Part shown: one piece after another, positions 29,798-40,298 of the stretch
How the letters are laid out: each line of letters begins with the position of its first letter
How positions within the stretch are numbered: the stretch's first letter is position 1
Assembly: GCA_040222015.1 (NCBI GenBank)
Contig: JAVJWO010000178.1
Coordinates: forward strand, 32,001 to 96,000
From: Coleofasciculus chthonoplastes F2-STO-03
Lineage (GTDB): Bacteria > Cyanobacteriota > Cyanobacteriia > Cyanobacteriales > Coleofasciculaceae
Direction of reading: 5' to 3'
DNA: 64,000 nt
Program-made: the position numbers and the translations under genes
The notes under the pieces: generated by a model
What the model saw: only the letters and a program-made list of their open reading frames with translations
What the model was told of the DNA's origin: nothing
Databases searched by the model: none

Positions 29798-31486
29798 TCA
29801 ACTCGCCAACAACTGAGAGGGGGTGACTCGCCACAACTGTTCTAATTGTGACGCTGGCATGGTCAAGTATAAAACATCACCTGCCGCTAACGCTGTTTCC
29901 AATAAATCTCGACCGTGAAGCTTTTGATTTCGGGTTTCAATATATAGAGGAACAAACTCAATATCTAGGGTTAAATCTTTCACCCGCCGTCCACAGAACG
30001 GATGCTTCAGCGTAATCGTTGTTGCCAACGCTACCCAAAGCGTATCCCCGGTCATGCCATTCCCTAAAATACGCCCACCTAAGGCAGCGGCGGCAAAGGC
30101 AGGTGTGGCTAATTCGGTGGGGCTGAGTACCACCTCAAAATTAAAAACTTGCTGCACTCCTCGGGCAAATTGGGGGTCATGATTTCGCACCACGATGGGT
30201 AAATTGGGCGTTAAGGCTTTGGCACTTAAACTAATCTCGACATTGGTCATATCGCTACTGGTTACAGCTAATAAGGCTTCCGCTGTATGGATATTCGCCG
30301 CTTTTAAATGGGTCGCTAAACTCGCATCACCGATAATCACGGGGACTCCCAAGGAACGAGCAACACCGAGAAATCGATTGTGGGTATCGGGTTCAATGAC
30401 AACCACGTCATAGCCATGACTATGCAGTTGATTAATGATCTGAACACCAATACCCCCCAAGCCACAAACAATATAATGATGGCGACTAGGAACACGGGCA
30501 GCATCCAAAAATTGATTAAAACGAGTACCTAAAATAAAATCGTTGAGTAGGGCGTAACAAATCCCAATTACACCTGCCCCAACTAACATCATCACCGCCG
30601 TAAAAATTTTGATGCTATCAGGTGCTAATTCTGCCACTTCTTCTTTCCCGCCAGCCCCGGTAATCATACCCACGGAAAAATAGAGAGCGTCAACAATTGA
30701 GGTATTCAACTGAACGCTAACATAAGTGAGTGTGGCGATGAAAATGGTTAGGAGTAGGGCGAGAGTTCCGGCGAGAATGGGTTGACCGTGGTGCTGGAAC
30801 TGTCGCAGGTTAGTGAGAACTTTAAACAGTCGGCGTAGCCAAGAACCCCGACGGCTGCGGATATTGGGTTGAGTGCCAACAATTATGCGATCGCCAGATT
30901 GTAAGGTTCGCCCTTGCACAACGGCTGACACCAAACTCACCTGCCCTTGGACGGGTCGATAATAGATCAACATCCGCGATCGATCTTCCCACAACTCATT
31001 TAACCGACGCCCGTTCCAGGGATGAGACTCATGGATGTATTCTTCGTGAATGGGCCAAGTTTGATTAAATAATCGCAGTTGTCCAATCGCTTGATTCCCC
31101 ATCGCGGCAAAGGCAAACACAGGGGCGGCTAATGCGGCAACACTGAGGCTAACATGGTTGGGCAGGATCTGATCTAAGCGATCGCCTAAGCTGTTGTTAA
31201 ATAGCCGACTAATAATCCGAATCCGGGGATTGAGGACTCGGGCTTGGGTGAGAATAGCCAGATTCAAGGCATCATCGCTAGAGGTGATGACTAGGGTTTG
31301 CGCCTCCTGAATCCCAGCGGCGAGTAGGGTAGCGGCTGCCCGAAAATCGCCGATAATCAGATCCTGACAGTTACCCGGGACTAAGCGATCGCTAATTCCA
31401 ACTACAGAGGCTCCCTGTTGCTTTAATAATGAGAAAATTTGATAGCCAGTGCGACCCAAGCCACAAACGATGATTCGGGGTTTCAT
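29798..31486 (-). CDS. TrkA/RCK-domain potassium-channel family protein
   Basis: Two IVCGLG Rossmann motifs flanking a two-TM pore region DALYFSVGMITGAGG; start at MKPRII. Confidence 0.9.
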   Translation of the reverse strand: MKPRIIVCGLGRTGYQIFSLLKQQGASVVGISDRLVPGNCQDLIIGDFRAAATLLAAGIQEAQTLVITSSDDALNLAILTQARVLNPRIRIISRLFNNSLGDRLDQILPNHVSLSVAALAAPVFAFAAMGNQAIGQLRLFNQTWPIHEEYIHESHPWNGRRLNELWEDRSRMLIYYRPVQGQVSLVSAVVQGRTLQSGDRIIVGTQPNIRSRRGSWLRRLFKVLTNLRQFQHHGQPILAGTLALLLTIFIATLTYVSVQLNTSIVDALYFSVGMITGAGGKEEVAELAPDSIKIFTAVMMLVGAGVIGICYALLNDFILGTRFNQFLDAARVPSRHHYIVCGLGGIGVQIINQLHSHGYDVVVIEPDTHNRFLGVARSLGVPVIIGDASLATHLKAANIHTAEALLAVTSSDMTNVEISLSAKALTPNLPIVVRNHDPQFARGVQQVFNFEVVLSPTELATPAFAAAALGGRILGNGMTGDTLWVALATTITLKHPFCGRRVKDLTLDIEFVPLYIETRNQKLHGRDLLETALAAGDVLYLTMPASQLEQLWRVTPSQLLAS

Positions 31487-31736
31487 AAAGCAAGCGTTAT
31501 CAACAGACAGATTTTTGTCTGGTCGTGTTTTGAACAACTATTCTCCTATAGATTGACCGAAACCATTGTAACCGAAGACACCAAGACTGGCAGAAATAGG
31601 TAAAAAAGGGATTCTCGTTTATCATTTATATTTCAAACAGAGCGGATTTTTTTATGGTTATTAGCAGCAATTCCTGTTTATTGACGAAAGTAAATCCTTA
31701 CTCTTAGACTAATAGTAATTAACGAGAAAGCAGTTT

Positions 31737-32600
31737 ATGGCCAAGCCTCAGATTCCTCCAGACCTACAAGAACTCAAGCCCAAGAGGTTTAATCCCGAAA
31801 AACAAGCTTGGATTAAATCAACCGATCTTGTCAGTGACACAACTATCAGTGAACTAACACTGGTAACCTATAATATCTGGTTTTCCGACTATTATCGTCA
31901 ACAACGCCACGAAGCTATACTGAAGCTTATTCAAGACTGTGATGCTGACGCGATCGCGTTGCAAGAGGTTACGCCAACCTCTCTCAAACTAATTTTAGAG
32001 CAAGACTGGGTTAGAAAGAATTACTATAGTTCCGACACCACAGGAGCAACAGTAAATCCTTATGGCGTTCTCTTGCTGTCTAAGCTTCCTATATATCGGT
32101 TATTTTTCTGTGAACTTATCAGTCAAATGAGCCGCAAATTCCTCTGTGCTGAATTGCAGCTTAATGGGCAAAATTTTAATATTGCTACGGTTCATTTAGA
32201 AAGCAAAAAGAAATTTGCATCCATCCGCGCCATACAGCTTGCTGATATCTTTCCCCTATTGGAACAGTCCGATCATGCTGTACTCATGGGAGACTTTAAT
32301 TTTTGTTCATCTTGGGAAGATGAAAACCGTAATATCGACTGTCGCTATCAAGATATGTGGGCAGTTCTCAGAGGTGATGAACCGGGCTATACTGAAGATA
32401 CGGATATTAATGTAATGAGATTGCAGCAAAAACAGAAACATAAAAAAGTCCGCTTTGACCGCATCTTACTCCGTTCTGCTTCCCAAAGTTGGCAGCTAGA
32501 ATCCATTGAACGCCTGGGATTAGAACCTATTTCCCGGAATAGTCCTAATGTTTTCCCATCTGACCATTTTGGTTTAGTGGGTCATTTAATAAGTAGGTAG
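31737..32600 (+). CDS. Endonuclease/exonuclease/phosphatase, TDP2-like
   Basis: LVTYNIWF, IALQEVT, TVHLES, MGDFNF, RFDRILL, PSDHFGL. Confidence 0.9.
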   Translation: MAKPQIPPDLQELKPKRFNPEKQAWIKSTDLVSDTTISELTLVTYNIWFSDYYRQQRHEAILKLIQDCDADAIALQEVTPTSLKLILEQDWVRKNYYSSDTTGATVNPYGVLLLSKLPIYRLFFCELISQMSRKFLCAELQLNGQNFNIATVHLESKKKFASIRAIQLADIFPLLEQSDHAVLMGDFNFCSSWEDENRNIDCRYQDMWAVLRGDEPGYTEDTDINVMRLQQKQKHKKVRFDRILLRSASQSWQLESIERLGLEPISRNSPNVFPSDHFGLVGHLISR

Positions 32601-32732
32601 GCACAATAAAAGTTTGTCATTTGTCATTTGTCATTTGTCATTTGTCATTTGTCATTCGTCATTTGTCATTTGCTCCCTTATCTTCCCCATCTCCCAGACG
32701 TTCCACGGTTATGTCGGTACAATTCCTGCTTT

Positions 32733-33602
32733 CTATTTACTGCCACGACAGCGATCAAACATTTGTTGGTACGTTTTATGAAGCTCTGGATTGTCCACCA
32801 CTAGCTCTACACGCACGTTAACACAGCCGTGATTATCTTGCAGCGCGATCGCGGCTAAAAGATCACTGGCTGCTTTAGGCGAGACAAATTCACCGTTGAC
32901 AGTAGTCGTTGTCGGTGGACTCGTCTCTACACTATCGGGAACACCTGTAACTTTCCCCTTCCCCAAATCAATTTCTGCCAATTGTTTCGGTTCTTCACCA
33001 ACTTGTTCAACAATTAATTTTTCCCGCCGTACAGGAACTTCTACCACACGGGTTTCAATTTCTTTGCGAACGACAACTTCACCGACTTTCTGTTTACTGC
33101 GGTTAACGACTAACTTTTCTTCTAGCAAGCGAATCATGTCTTCTTCGACTATTTCTGATGTCTGATCAGACGGTTCTAGATCACTATTCACTCTCTCTTC
33201 AGCATCCATAGCTTTTTCTGAATTAACAACACTTGTAGAGGTTACTGACGAGTGAGATAAGTCCTCGGAAGGCTTTGCTGTTGGGGTTTCCCTTTTTTGA
33301 TATACAGGCAAGTATTCAAGTTCTGCTGGTGATAGGTCAACAATTACAATTCTATTGTCTGGGTCAATTGTCTGAATGTGCTGGCGACTGAGGAGAAACC
33401 AGGGAGATTCAGCGTTTGTCCATTGGGCAGACATCACCATATAAAGCCGATGATTTTTTTCGACACAGAAATCCTCAACCCGTCCTAGGACTTTACCTTT
33501 TTGATTCACGATAGTAAAGAACGTGAATTTTTCTCTAAATTGATCTAATAGTTGTTTTATTTTACCCTTTGTATAACTGCTTTTAGGTTCTTCTTGGATC
33601 AT
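32733..33602 (-). CDS. PRC-barrel plus DUF2382 (YsnF/AvaK) protein
   Basis: GKVLGRVED barrel; IRLLEEKLVVNR, VGEVVVRKEIET, VPVRREKL. Confidence 0.85.
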   Translation of the reverse strand: MIQEEPKSSYTKGKIKQLLDQFREKFTFFTIVNQKGKVLGRVEDFCVEKNHRLYMVMSAQWTNAESPWFLLSRQHIQTIDPDNRIVIVDLSPAELEYLPVYQKRETPTAKPSEDLSHSSVTSTSVVNSEKAMDAEERVNSDLEPSDQTSEIVEEDMIRLLEEKLVVNRSKQKVGEVVVRKEIETRVVEVPVRREKLIVEQVGEEPKQLAEIDLGKGKVTGVPDSVETSPPTTTTVNGEFVSPKAASDLLAAIALQDNHGCVNVRVELVVDNPELHKTYQQMFDRCRGSK

Positions 33603-33704
33603 AGCTTACTTCTCCAACTTACTAAACGTAGGGTGGGCAATGCCCACCCCCGTATCCACCAATTTATTTAGTTCAATCGGTGAAATTCAATCGCTTTCAG
33701 AATT

Positions 33705-34556
33705 CTACCGACGACCCTTGACAAGAGGATTGCCATCTACATCGACTTCTAATTCTTCGCGGCGAACCGTTTCTTTGGCATCTACGGTGTCACGCTCAAC
33801 TTCTTTCTTGACACCAACTTCTTCCCGGACAAAGGCTTTCTTATCGATATTCGCTGTTTCTTCATGAACTTCCACACGAGCAACTTCACCGTCGTGGAAA
33901 TCAGCAGTACCTGGTTGAACTTCGCGGGCTTCAGAGGGACTATTCCGCTCAATTACAACCCGTTCTTTTTCTACAGGAACTGATACCTGAGCTGTTTCAG
34001 ATTCCACATGCTTACCCAGAGTAACTTCGCCACTCTTGTAACGGTCTTTGTTGGCAATTAGTTTCTCTTCATACAGCTTGAGATTTTTATGATCCTGCTC
34101 AGTAGTGGCGTAGAGTTCAGGCTCATGATCATAGCTGTAGGTGTCGCGGTTATAGGTTTTCGCCTGAGCCGATGTTGCTCCTGCCGAGCGATTAGCCGCC
34201 ATTGGTCGGTAGACGTTCCGGACTCGTTCTTCGTAGTCGTAGTCAATGGTCATGTTGTCATGGTATTCCGGTAAGCTTTCGGCTTGCGCTTTGGTCATAC
34301 CGATCACATAAACCCGATGACGATCATAGTCCATCCGAGCATAACCTACAGGTAACAAGACATTTTTACCAAAGATCCAGAAGCCTGTATCAATGACTAG
34401 ATACCGGAAACGACCATTTTCATCCAGAAGAGCATCATGAACTTCACCGATTTTCTCTTCTCGATCAGAGTAGACACTATATCCTTTAATGTCATCGCCA
34501 CCGAAAATCTGTTCTTTATAGTTGGGGTAAAACTTGTCTATTTTGATGAGATTCAT
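33705..34556 (-). CDS. PRC-barrel plus DUF2382 (AvaK-like) protein
   Basis: GRFRYLVIDTGFWIFGKNVLLPVG, LYEEKLIANK, VRREELEVD. Confidence 0.9.
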   Translation of the reverse strand: MNLIKIDKFYPNYKEQIFGGDDIKGYSVYSDREEKIGEVHDALLDENGRFRYLVIDTGFWIFGKNVLLPVGYARMDYDRHRVYVIGMTKAQAESLPEYHDNMTIDYDYEERVRNVYRPMAANRSAGATSAQAKTYNRDTYSYDHEPELYATTEQDHKNLKLYEEKLIANKDRYKSGEVTLGKHVESETAQVSVPVEKERVVIERNSPSEAREVQPGTADFHDGEVARVEVHEETANIDKKAFVREEVGVKKEVERDTVDAKETVRREELEVDVDGNPLVKGRR

Positions 34557-34933
34557 AGAATAGTCTCCTTGTTTCTTTATCTTTATCTTTGAGAGTTCAA
34601 CTCTCGCAATCTACTTTTAGATTACAAAAAAAAAGCTTTGGGTGAATCCATCAAAAGACATAAACGAAACTAGGTTGGTGATTTTTTTACACTGATACTG
34701 TGATTTGCTTGGATTTAGAATATTTATACTGATTGACTGATTGACCGATTTTCTTCTACGCAAATTCCTTAACTTTAATAATATCCCCTTAGGTTACAGG
34801 ATTTAATCAAATAAAACCAAATATATAAATGACAGTAAATTAACACGATGATTTTTTTATCCTCCTATAGGAATAGATTAAATTAGATATAGTAAATAAA
34901 GATAACTCATAAGGAGTGCGATTAACCCCTTTG

Positions 34934-35350
34934 ATGCAATATCACGTTATTTACGACGGCAACTGCAATCTTTGTGTCACGTTAGTGCAGCTTCTGGAAA
35001 ATCTGGATCAAGGACAGCAGTTTGATTACATTCCCATGCAGGATGAAGCCACCTGTGAAAACTTTGGCATTACCCCCCAAGACTGCGAAATGGGGATGAT
35101 TCTCATTGATGGGGCGTCCCCGGAATGTCGGTGGCAAGGGAGTGAGGCGGCTGAGGAAATTGGGCGTCTGTTGCCTATGGGCGAGGTGTTCGTCTCAGCA
35201 TATCGGGCAATGCCTGGAATGAAATGGCTAGGCGATCGCACATATCAACAGGTTCGTGATAATCGGTATAGTTGGTTTGGCAAGCGATCGAGTACCTACA
35301 ATTCAGCTTATCCTCTGGGATGTCAGGATAACCAAAATTGCCAGACGTAA
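34934..35350 (+). CDS. DCC1-like thiol-disulfide oxidoreductase (DUF393)
   Basis: IYDGNCNLC, Y..VRDNRY.WFG. Confidence 0.9.
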   Translation: MQYHVIYDGNCNLCVTLVQLLENLDQGQQFDYIPMQDEATCENFGITPQDCEMGMILIDGASPECRWQGSEAAEEIGRLLPMGEVFVSAYRAMPGMKWLGDRTYQQVRDNRYSWFGKRSSTYNSAYPLGCQDNQNCQT

Positions 35351-35429
35351 TTGGAATGTGGCTGATATAATCTCGGTTCGTAGTAGGCACGAAGCGTGCC
35401 AGAAGTGAAGACAGCGCTTACTACAAGCG

Positions 35430-35628
35430 GCTAAATCCAGATAACCGTTATCACCAGTAGTATGCACTTTCCAGCCTGTTTTACTCGGATACGTCCAGCC
35501 AGAATAATGTTTGATTGACTTGTATTTAGGACGCTTGGCTAACCCTTTAAACCACCGATTAAATGCGTAATCAACGCGCTTTAAGGTAGCTTGTAAAGTG
35601 ATGCAGTTACACTCTTTGTCTTTGTATA
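35430..35628 (-). pseudogene. tnpB: TnpB internal fragment
   Basis: LQATLKRVDYAFNRWFKGLAKRPKYKSIKHYSGWTYPSKTGWKV closely matches the N-terminal part of the TnpB at 43271. Confidence 0.85.
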
Positions 35629-35629
35629 A

Positions 35630-36022
35630 GGTTCTCATTCTGTATTCTCTGTTCAACTGCATATAGTGTTCGTGACTAAATACAGGCGCAAGATTATTAC
35701 ATCGGGAATGTTAGAGCGATTACATGAGGTGCTTGCAAATGTCTGTATTAAGACAAAGTGCCGCCTTGTCGAGTTTTCAGGAGAAGCTGATCACGTTCAT
35801 TTACTGGTAGACTTTCATCCAGACAACAACCTATCATCTTTGATTGGTAGCATGAAGTCTGCCTCTAGTTGAATTATCAGAAAAGACTTTGCCGTGGAAC
35901 TGTCAAAAACTTATACTAAGTCGGCATTTTGGTCAGGCTCTTATTATGTTGCTTCTACTGGTGGCGCTCCCATTGAGAGAGTTAAGGCTTATATTAAATC
36001 CCAAGAAACACCTCAAGATTAA
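35630..36022 (+). pseudogene. tnpA: IS200/IS605 Y1 HUH transposase, start lost and internal TGA
   Basis: GSHSVFSVQLHIVFVTKYRRK, EADHVHLLV (HUH), SASS*IIRK (stop 35870-35872), FWSGSYYVASTGGA, VKAYIKSQ. Confidence 0.92.
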
Positions 36023-36220
36023 CCCTGAGCCAAGTCGAAGGGTTGATTGCCTCCGTTCCTCCGGCAATCCGCTATCCCTCCCCACCCTCCTGAGCCTGCG
36101 AAGGATCTGCTGAGGGTGGGGACTCCCGCGAACACGTTGAAGCTAAGAGGCAACTTATACCCTATAAGTAGCGTCTATTGTTTGAGTACCTGAACTGTAG
36201 CTATTTTAATTTTATGTACC

Positions 36221-37072
36221 ATGGTTAATCCTTTCTCCTTCTGGTCTCATCGTCACCGTCGTCGTTTATTATATCCTTATGTGTCAGCGATCTTAGCGTT
36301 TAGCCTGATCGTGGGTACACCTCAGGTGAGTCAAGCAATTCCCTGGCTGGATCTGATTTTCCGAGGCGTCCAGATTATCCAACTTTCCAATATTTCTGAT
36401 CGCCAGGAAGTCGAGATCGGAGAGCAGATCAATCAGAAGTTGGTGAGAAACCAGATCCAACTCTATCGCAATTCCAGTGTCAACCGCTACATTGATCAGA
36501 TTGGTCAGCGATTGGCAAAAGAAACTCAACGCTCTAATATTCCCTATACGTTTCAGGTGGTTAAGGATGATAGCATTAATGCCTTCGCGACTACGGGGGG
36601 TTTTATTTATCTCAACACGGGTTTGATTGAAGCGGCGGACAATGAGGCTCAATTGGCTAGTGTGATTGCTCATGAAATCGGGCATATCGAAGAGGAACAC
36701 ATGATTCAACAAATGCGCCAAACCGCCATCGCTAGGGGAGTAGCCGTTGCCGCAGGTCTAGATCGCAATACCTTAGTCAATATTGGCGTGGACTTGGCGC
36801 TGCGGTTACCCAATAGTCGTGAAGATGAATTTGAGGCGGATCAAGTTGGGTTAGACATCCTCAAAAAAGCAGGCTACGCACCGTCAGCCATGGTAAATTT
36901 CATGGAAAAACTCCAGCAGAAAAGCGGTTCCGTCCCCTCTTTCCTCAGCACTCATCCAGGTGTTGACGATCGCATTAATGCCTTGAAGCAGGCGATCGAT
37001 CCGGCTGAAGCTACTGTCGGTGATGGTTTGGATGAAAATGCCTACAAAGCCAAAATTCGCCCCCTGCAATAG
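36221..37072 (+). CDS. M48-family metallopeptidase
   Basis: INAFATTGG, AHEIGH, SREDEFEAD, FLSTHP. Confidence 0.93.
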   Translation: MVNPFSFWSHRHRRRLLYPYVSAILAFSLIVGTPQVSQAIPWLDLIFRGVQIIQLSNISDRQEVEIGEQINQKLVRNQIQLYRNSSVNRYIDQIGQRLAKETQRSNIPYTFQVVKDDSINAFATTGGFIYLNTGLIEAADNEAQLASVIAHEIGHIEEEHMIQQMRQTAIARGVAVAAGLDRNTLVNIGVDLALRLPNSREDEFEADQVGLDILKKAGYAPSAMVNFMEKLQQKSGSVPSFLSTHPGVDDRINALKQAIDPAEATVGDGLDENAYKAKIRPLQ

Positions 37073-37178
37073 GATTATCTCGGGTAGCAACATCCATCCC
37101 TCGTTCTTTGGGTTCCCAACTCCCCCAGACGTAGCATGCTACGTCTCTACATTGCTTCCCCAGCTCCCTCATACTGCA

Positions 37179-37928
37179 CTAGGAACGGAGTACAGAACGA
37201 CGTGGTAAGAGTTGTGAAGGCTCTACCCTTGTCACCGCCTCCCCAAGTGGCATTTGGCGAACCCGTTGTCGAAAAACATTGGCTTGATAAACCCGTGAGT
37301 TGGTCAGGTCTAATCCTGTGAGCCAACCACTTTTAGGATGATAAGCGCCTGTATCAATATCCAACCATCCTCGACCTTGGGCAATTCGTCCCGGTTGTAC
37401 TCCTGGCAAGGTAAAGGTAATCGTATGACCAATGATAATTAACTTATCTGTAAAATAAGGCTCTTGAATGCTATGAAATTCATCCCTAATCCAACAAAAT
37501 TGTTCTGACGTTTGTTTTTCCAGGGGTAAACGGGGATGAACTCCAGCATGGACTAACCATGTATCTCCTAAATCGATATGGGTGGGTAAGGTACGCATCC
37601 ACTCAATATGGTCTTGGCGGACACCATTCTCACCATAACTATTGATGGTACTGTGACCACCACTATAGAGCCATGCTTGCAGGGCTGGACCATAGATTTC
37701 TCCCTGACCCAGGATTTCTAAGAGCATTTGCTCATGATTGCCTAGCAAGCAAGGATAAGGGCTTTGCTTGACAAATTCAACAACTTGAGAGCTTTGGGAA
37801 CCCCTATCAATTAAGTCTCCCAAAAAATAGACCTGATCGTCTTTACCAGGAGCGATCGCATCCAATAAGGTCATTAGGGTATCGTAGTGCCCATGCACGT
37901 CACCGATAACAATCCGACGGTGAGTCAT
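37179..37928 (-). CDS. Metallophosphoesterase (ApaH/PP1-like Ser/Thr phosphatase)
   Basis: IGDVHG, LGDLIDRG, LGNHE, VHAG, IGHT, IDTG. Confidence 0.93.
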   Translation of the reverse strand: MTHRRIVIGDVHGHYDTLMTLLDAIAPGKDDQVYFLGDLIDRGSQSSQVVEFVKQSPYPCLLGNHEQMLLEILGQGEIYGPALQAWLYSGGHSTINSYGENGVRQDHIEWMRTLPTHIDLGDTWLVHAGVHPRLPLEKQTSEQFCWIRDEFHSIQEPYFTDKLIIIGHTITFTLPGVQPGRIAQGRGWLDIDTGAYHPKSGWLTGLDLTNSRVYQANVFRQRVRQMPLGEAVTRVEPSQLLPRRSVLRS

Positions 37929-38429
37929 TGTTTATTGATCCAAATCCGTGTCGTCAAATAATAAGTAGCACCCATAAACGTTTACTTGCACCAGTTTGGT
38001 TACCAAAAGCTGGATTATTGTGTGCCGAGGTATGTTTACCAGGGGTAGGCAAGATTCTCAGGCTTAGGATACTCTATTATCTATTAGTTAAAACAAGTGC
38101 TAACATCTATCTTCCGGGTTTCAGAGGAAATTCATCTGTCTTCTCGGAGGTCTCCACCATAGCTGTACTCAGCTTGGTGGTGGGAGGAAACGGGGGGCAG
38201 ATCTCGACTCCCCTCGATACAAGTGGTCTAGGCAATATATCCATAACTGGTTGGTTTTTCAACTGAAATACAGTGCAGGTTTTTTGATGGGAAACCTACA
38301 AAACCCACTCGGATTACTCCGGTAATGTTAGCTTAGACAATGTTAGTGGTCGGTACTTTCTCAAAAGCACTGCCTCCCAGATGGCTGTTTAACTTTTGAG
38401 TTTTAGAGCTACAGACTAGCTACGCATCC

Positions 38430-38550
38430 GTAGGTAAGAACTTAAACACTTGCCACTAACGTAGGCATTCCTGCCTGAGTCGGGTCAACTCGGGCTATCT
38501 TAGAAGCCCCCGTTATAATCGGTACTCCGATTTAACGGTGGGTTGTTGAC
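38430..38550 (+). mobile_element. Orphan tnpB-type right end (omegaRNA-like remnant)
   Basis: CCTGCCTGAGTC...GGGCTATC.TAGAAGCCCCCGTTA..ATCGG..CCGAT.TAACGGTGGGTTGTTGAC, an AGAAGCCC-hairpin right-end layout; no ORF. Confidence 0.55.
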
Positions 38551-38667
38551 TGAATTTCACACCTTTTCCGCTTAGCATCCAGCACGCCATGGATAAATAC
38601 CAGTTTCCTCGAATCCCAGTCTCTATCCTAATCATCTTCCCCCTATTGTGATTCACCAGACAGTTCG

Positions 38668-39282
38668 ATGTCACCAAAACCTGTGTTAGATTCTCCCTGG
38701 GTAATGATTCATGCCCTCCAACAACCCACGAGCTGGACTTGGGTTGAACAAGCCCTAGCTCACCTTGATCTCATTCTACTCGACCATTCCCAATGCGAAC
38801 GCAAAGCGGCAGGTGTCGCCCTGAATTTAATCTTTCGCTATCCATCGAGTACCCAACTGGTTCGTCAGCTTACCGCGATCGCGCGTGAGGAACTGGATCA
38901 CTTTGAACAAGTCAATCAATGGCTGGAACGACGGGGTATTCCCCTAGCTTCCCTCTCTCCATCGCCTTATGGTGCTAAACTGAAAGCCCAGATTCGTCGT
39001 TATGAACCGGATCGGTTATTAGATTCTTTACTGGTGGCTGCTCTCATTGAGGCTCGCTCTCACGAACGGTTGGGCTTACTGGCAACTCATTGCCCTGACC
39101 CGGAACTCGCCGCGTTTTATCAAGAGTTGATGACATCTGAAGCGCGTCACTATGGTGTGTATTGGGTGCTAGCGGATACCTATTTTGAGCGGGAGGTTGT
39201 CAACCAGAGGCTAGCAGAACTGGCTGCAATCGAAAGTCAGTTACTGAGTACGCTTTACCCAGAACCTCGAATTCACAGTTAG
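38668..39282 (+). CDS. miaE: tRNA-(ms2io6A37) hydroxylase
   Basis: LLDHSQCERKAA, AREELDHF, LIEARSHER, SEARH. Confidence 0.9.
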   Translation: MSPKPVLDSPWVMIHALQQPTSWTWVEQALAHLDLILLDHSQCERKAAGVALNLIFRYPSSTQLVRQLTAIAREELDHFEQVNQWLERRGIPLASLSPSPYGAKLKAQIRRYEPDRLLDSLLVAALIEARSHERLGLLATHCPDPELAAFYQELMTSEARHYGVYWVLADTYFEREVVNQRLAELAAIESQLLSTLYPEPRIHS

Positions 39283-39564
39283 AGTCAAGGTTAGGGGATT
39301 TAGCCCATTGATTCTGTTAACTATTATTTTTAATAATGTAGAAATAATAAGTTTTTTAGAGTAATTTATTTTAAAGAATTGATAAGTTTAACCCACAAAT
39401 TGAACTTATTAACTTACATGAGAGTATAGTCAAAGTGCTCAGTAAACAGTCACTCATGATTCGTCCATCTGTTTAATTGTGTTAGCACTTGGATTCATAC
39501 AATCCGTAACGCGATTCAAGTGAGCGAATGATGAGTGATTCAAGTTCACCTAGGAGGCGTAACG

Positions 39565-40179
39565 ATGAATCTAGCAAAGACTTCAACAGTCCTTGGCTTA
39601 GTGGCTGGCAGTGCCTTGGCTTTATCGGCGATGCCAGCAGACGCTGCCTCATTTAACAATGGGGGTATTTTGTTTGATACCGATACTAAAGTTGATTTTG
39701 AGTTCCTGGAATCTCACGGAGCGTTCAAATCGACCTTGTCTATCGTAGAAGCAGATGCGAAAGATACACCTGTATATACCCTGTTTACCGAGAACGAGGC
39801 ATTCATATCGGGAAGAGACGATTACAAAGGACTTTGTCCCGAAACAGTTACCGTACCCGGTACCGATTCTTGCACGAACTGGTTCGAGTTTCAAGCTGGT
39901 GTAGAGTATAGCTTGCTGCTTGACTCTGGTAACAATGGTAAGGTTTGGTCAACAGATGCCTTGAATATGCCTGTCGAGACACTGGCAGAGTTTAGCTTTG
40001 TACAAAATGATGCTGGCAAGTACACGATTGACTTTGAAGATAAGGGATTTGCTCCTTATGACTTCAACGACTTTACGATCACGGCAGAAATGACCGATAT
40101 CCCTGAGCCCGCTACATTGGCTGGTTTAGGATTAATTGGTGGAGCATTGGCTCTAACCCGTCGTCGTAAAGCTAAGTAA
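39565..40179 (+). CDS. PEP-CTERM sorting-domain protein
   Basis: GGAGG RBS, signal peptide, DFNDF, IPEPATLAGLGLIGGALALTRRRK. Confidence 0.92.
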   Translation: MNLAKTSTVLGLVAGSALALSAMPADAASFNNGGILFDTDTKVDFEFLESHGAFKSTLSIVEADAKDTPVYTLFTENEAFISGRDDYKGLCPETVTVPGTDSCTNWFEFQAGVEYSLLLDSGNNGKVWSTDALNMPVETLAEFSFVQNDAGKYTIDFEDKGFAPYDFNDFTITAEMTDIPEPATLAGLGLIGGALALTRRRKAK

Positions 40180-40249
40180 AGCTCTGAAGCGATCGCGCTT
40201 TTAATGCCTCTTAGCTTCAAGCTAGCTGAATCATGCTTCTATTCAATTT

Positions 40250-40283
40250 CCCACACTAAGCTGACATTATAGTGTGGGTTTTT
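40250..40283 (+). terminator. Probable terminator
   Basis: CCCACACTA...TAGTGTGGG followed by T run, between convergent genes. Confidence 0.6.
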
Positions 40284-40298
40284 GCTTGTTTATCAGGC

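Larger units (their letters stand above)
35430..36136. mobile_element. Degenerate IS605-group element (divergent tnpB fragment and tnpA pseudogene, left end retained)
   Basis: Internal tnpB fragment abuts a 5'-truncated tnpA; hairpin CCCCACCCTC...GAGGGTGGGG near 36079-36121; no right end found. Confidence 0.85.

Noticed and set aside
37928..38266. 112-aa ORF divergent from the phosphatase
   Set aside because: Starts at the phosphatase start codon with no promoter space, no motifs; probably spurious
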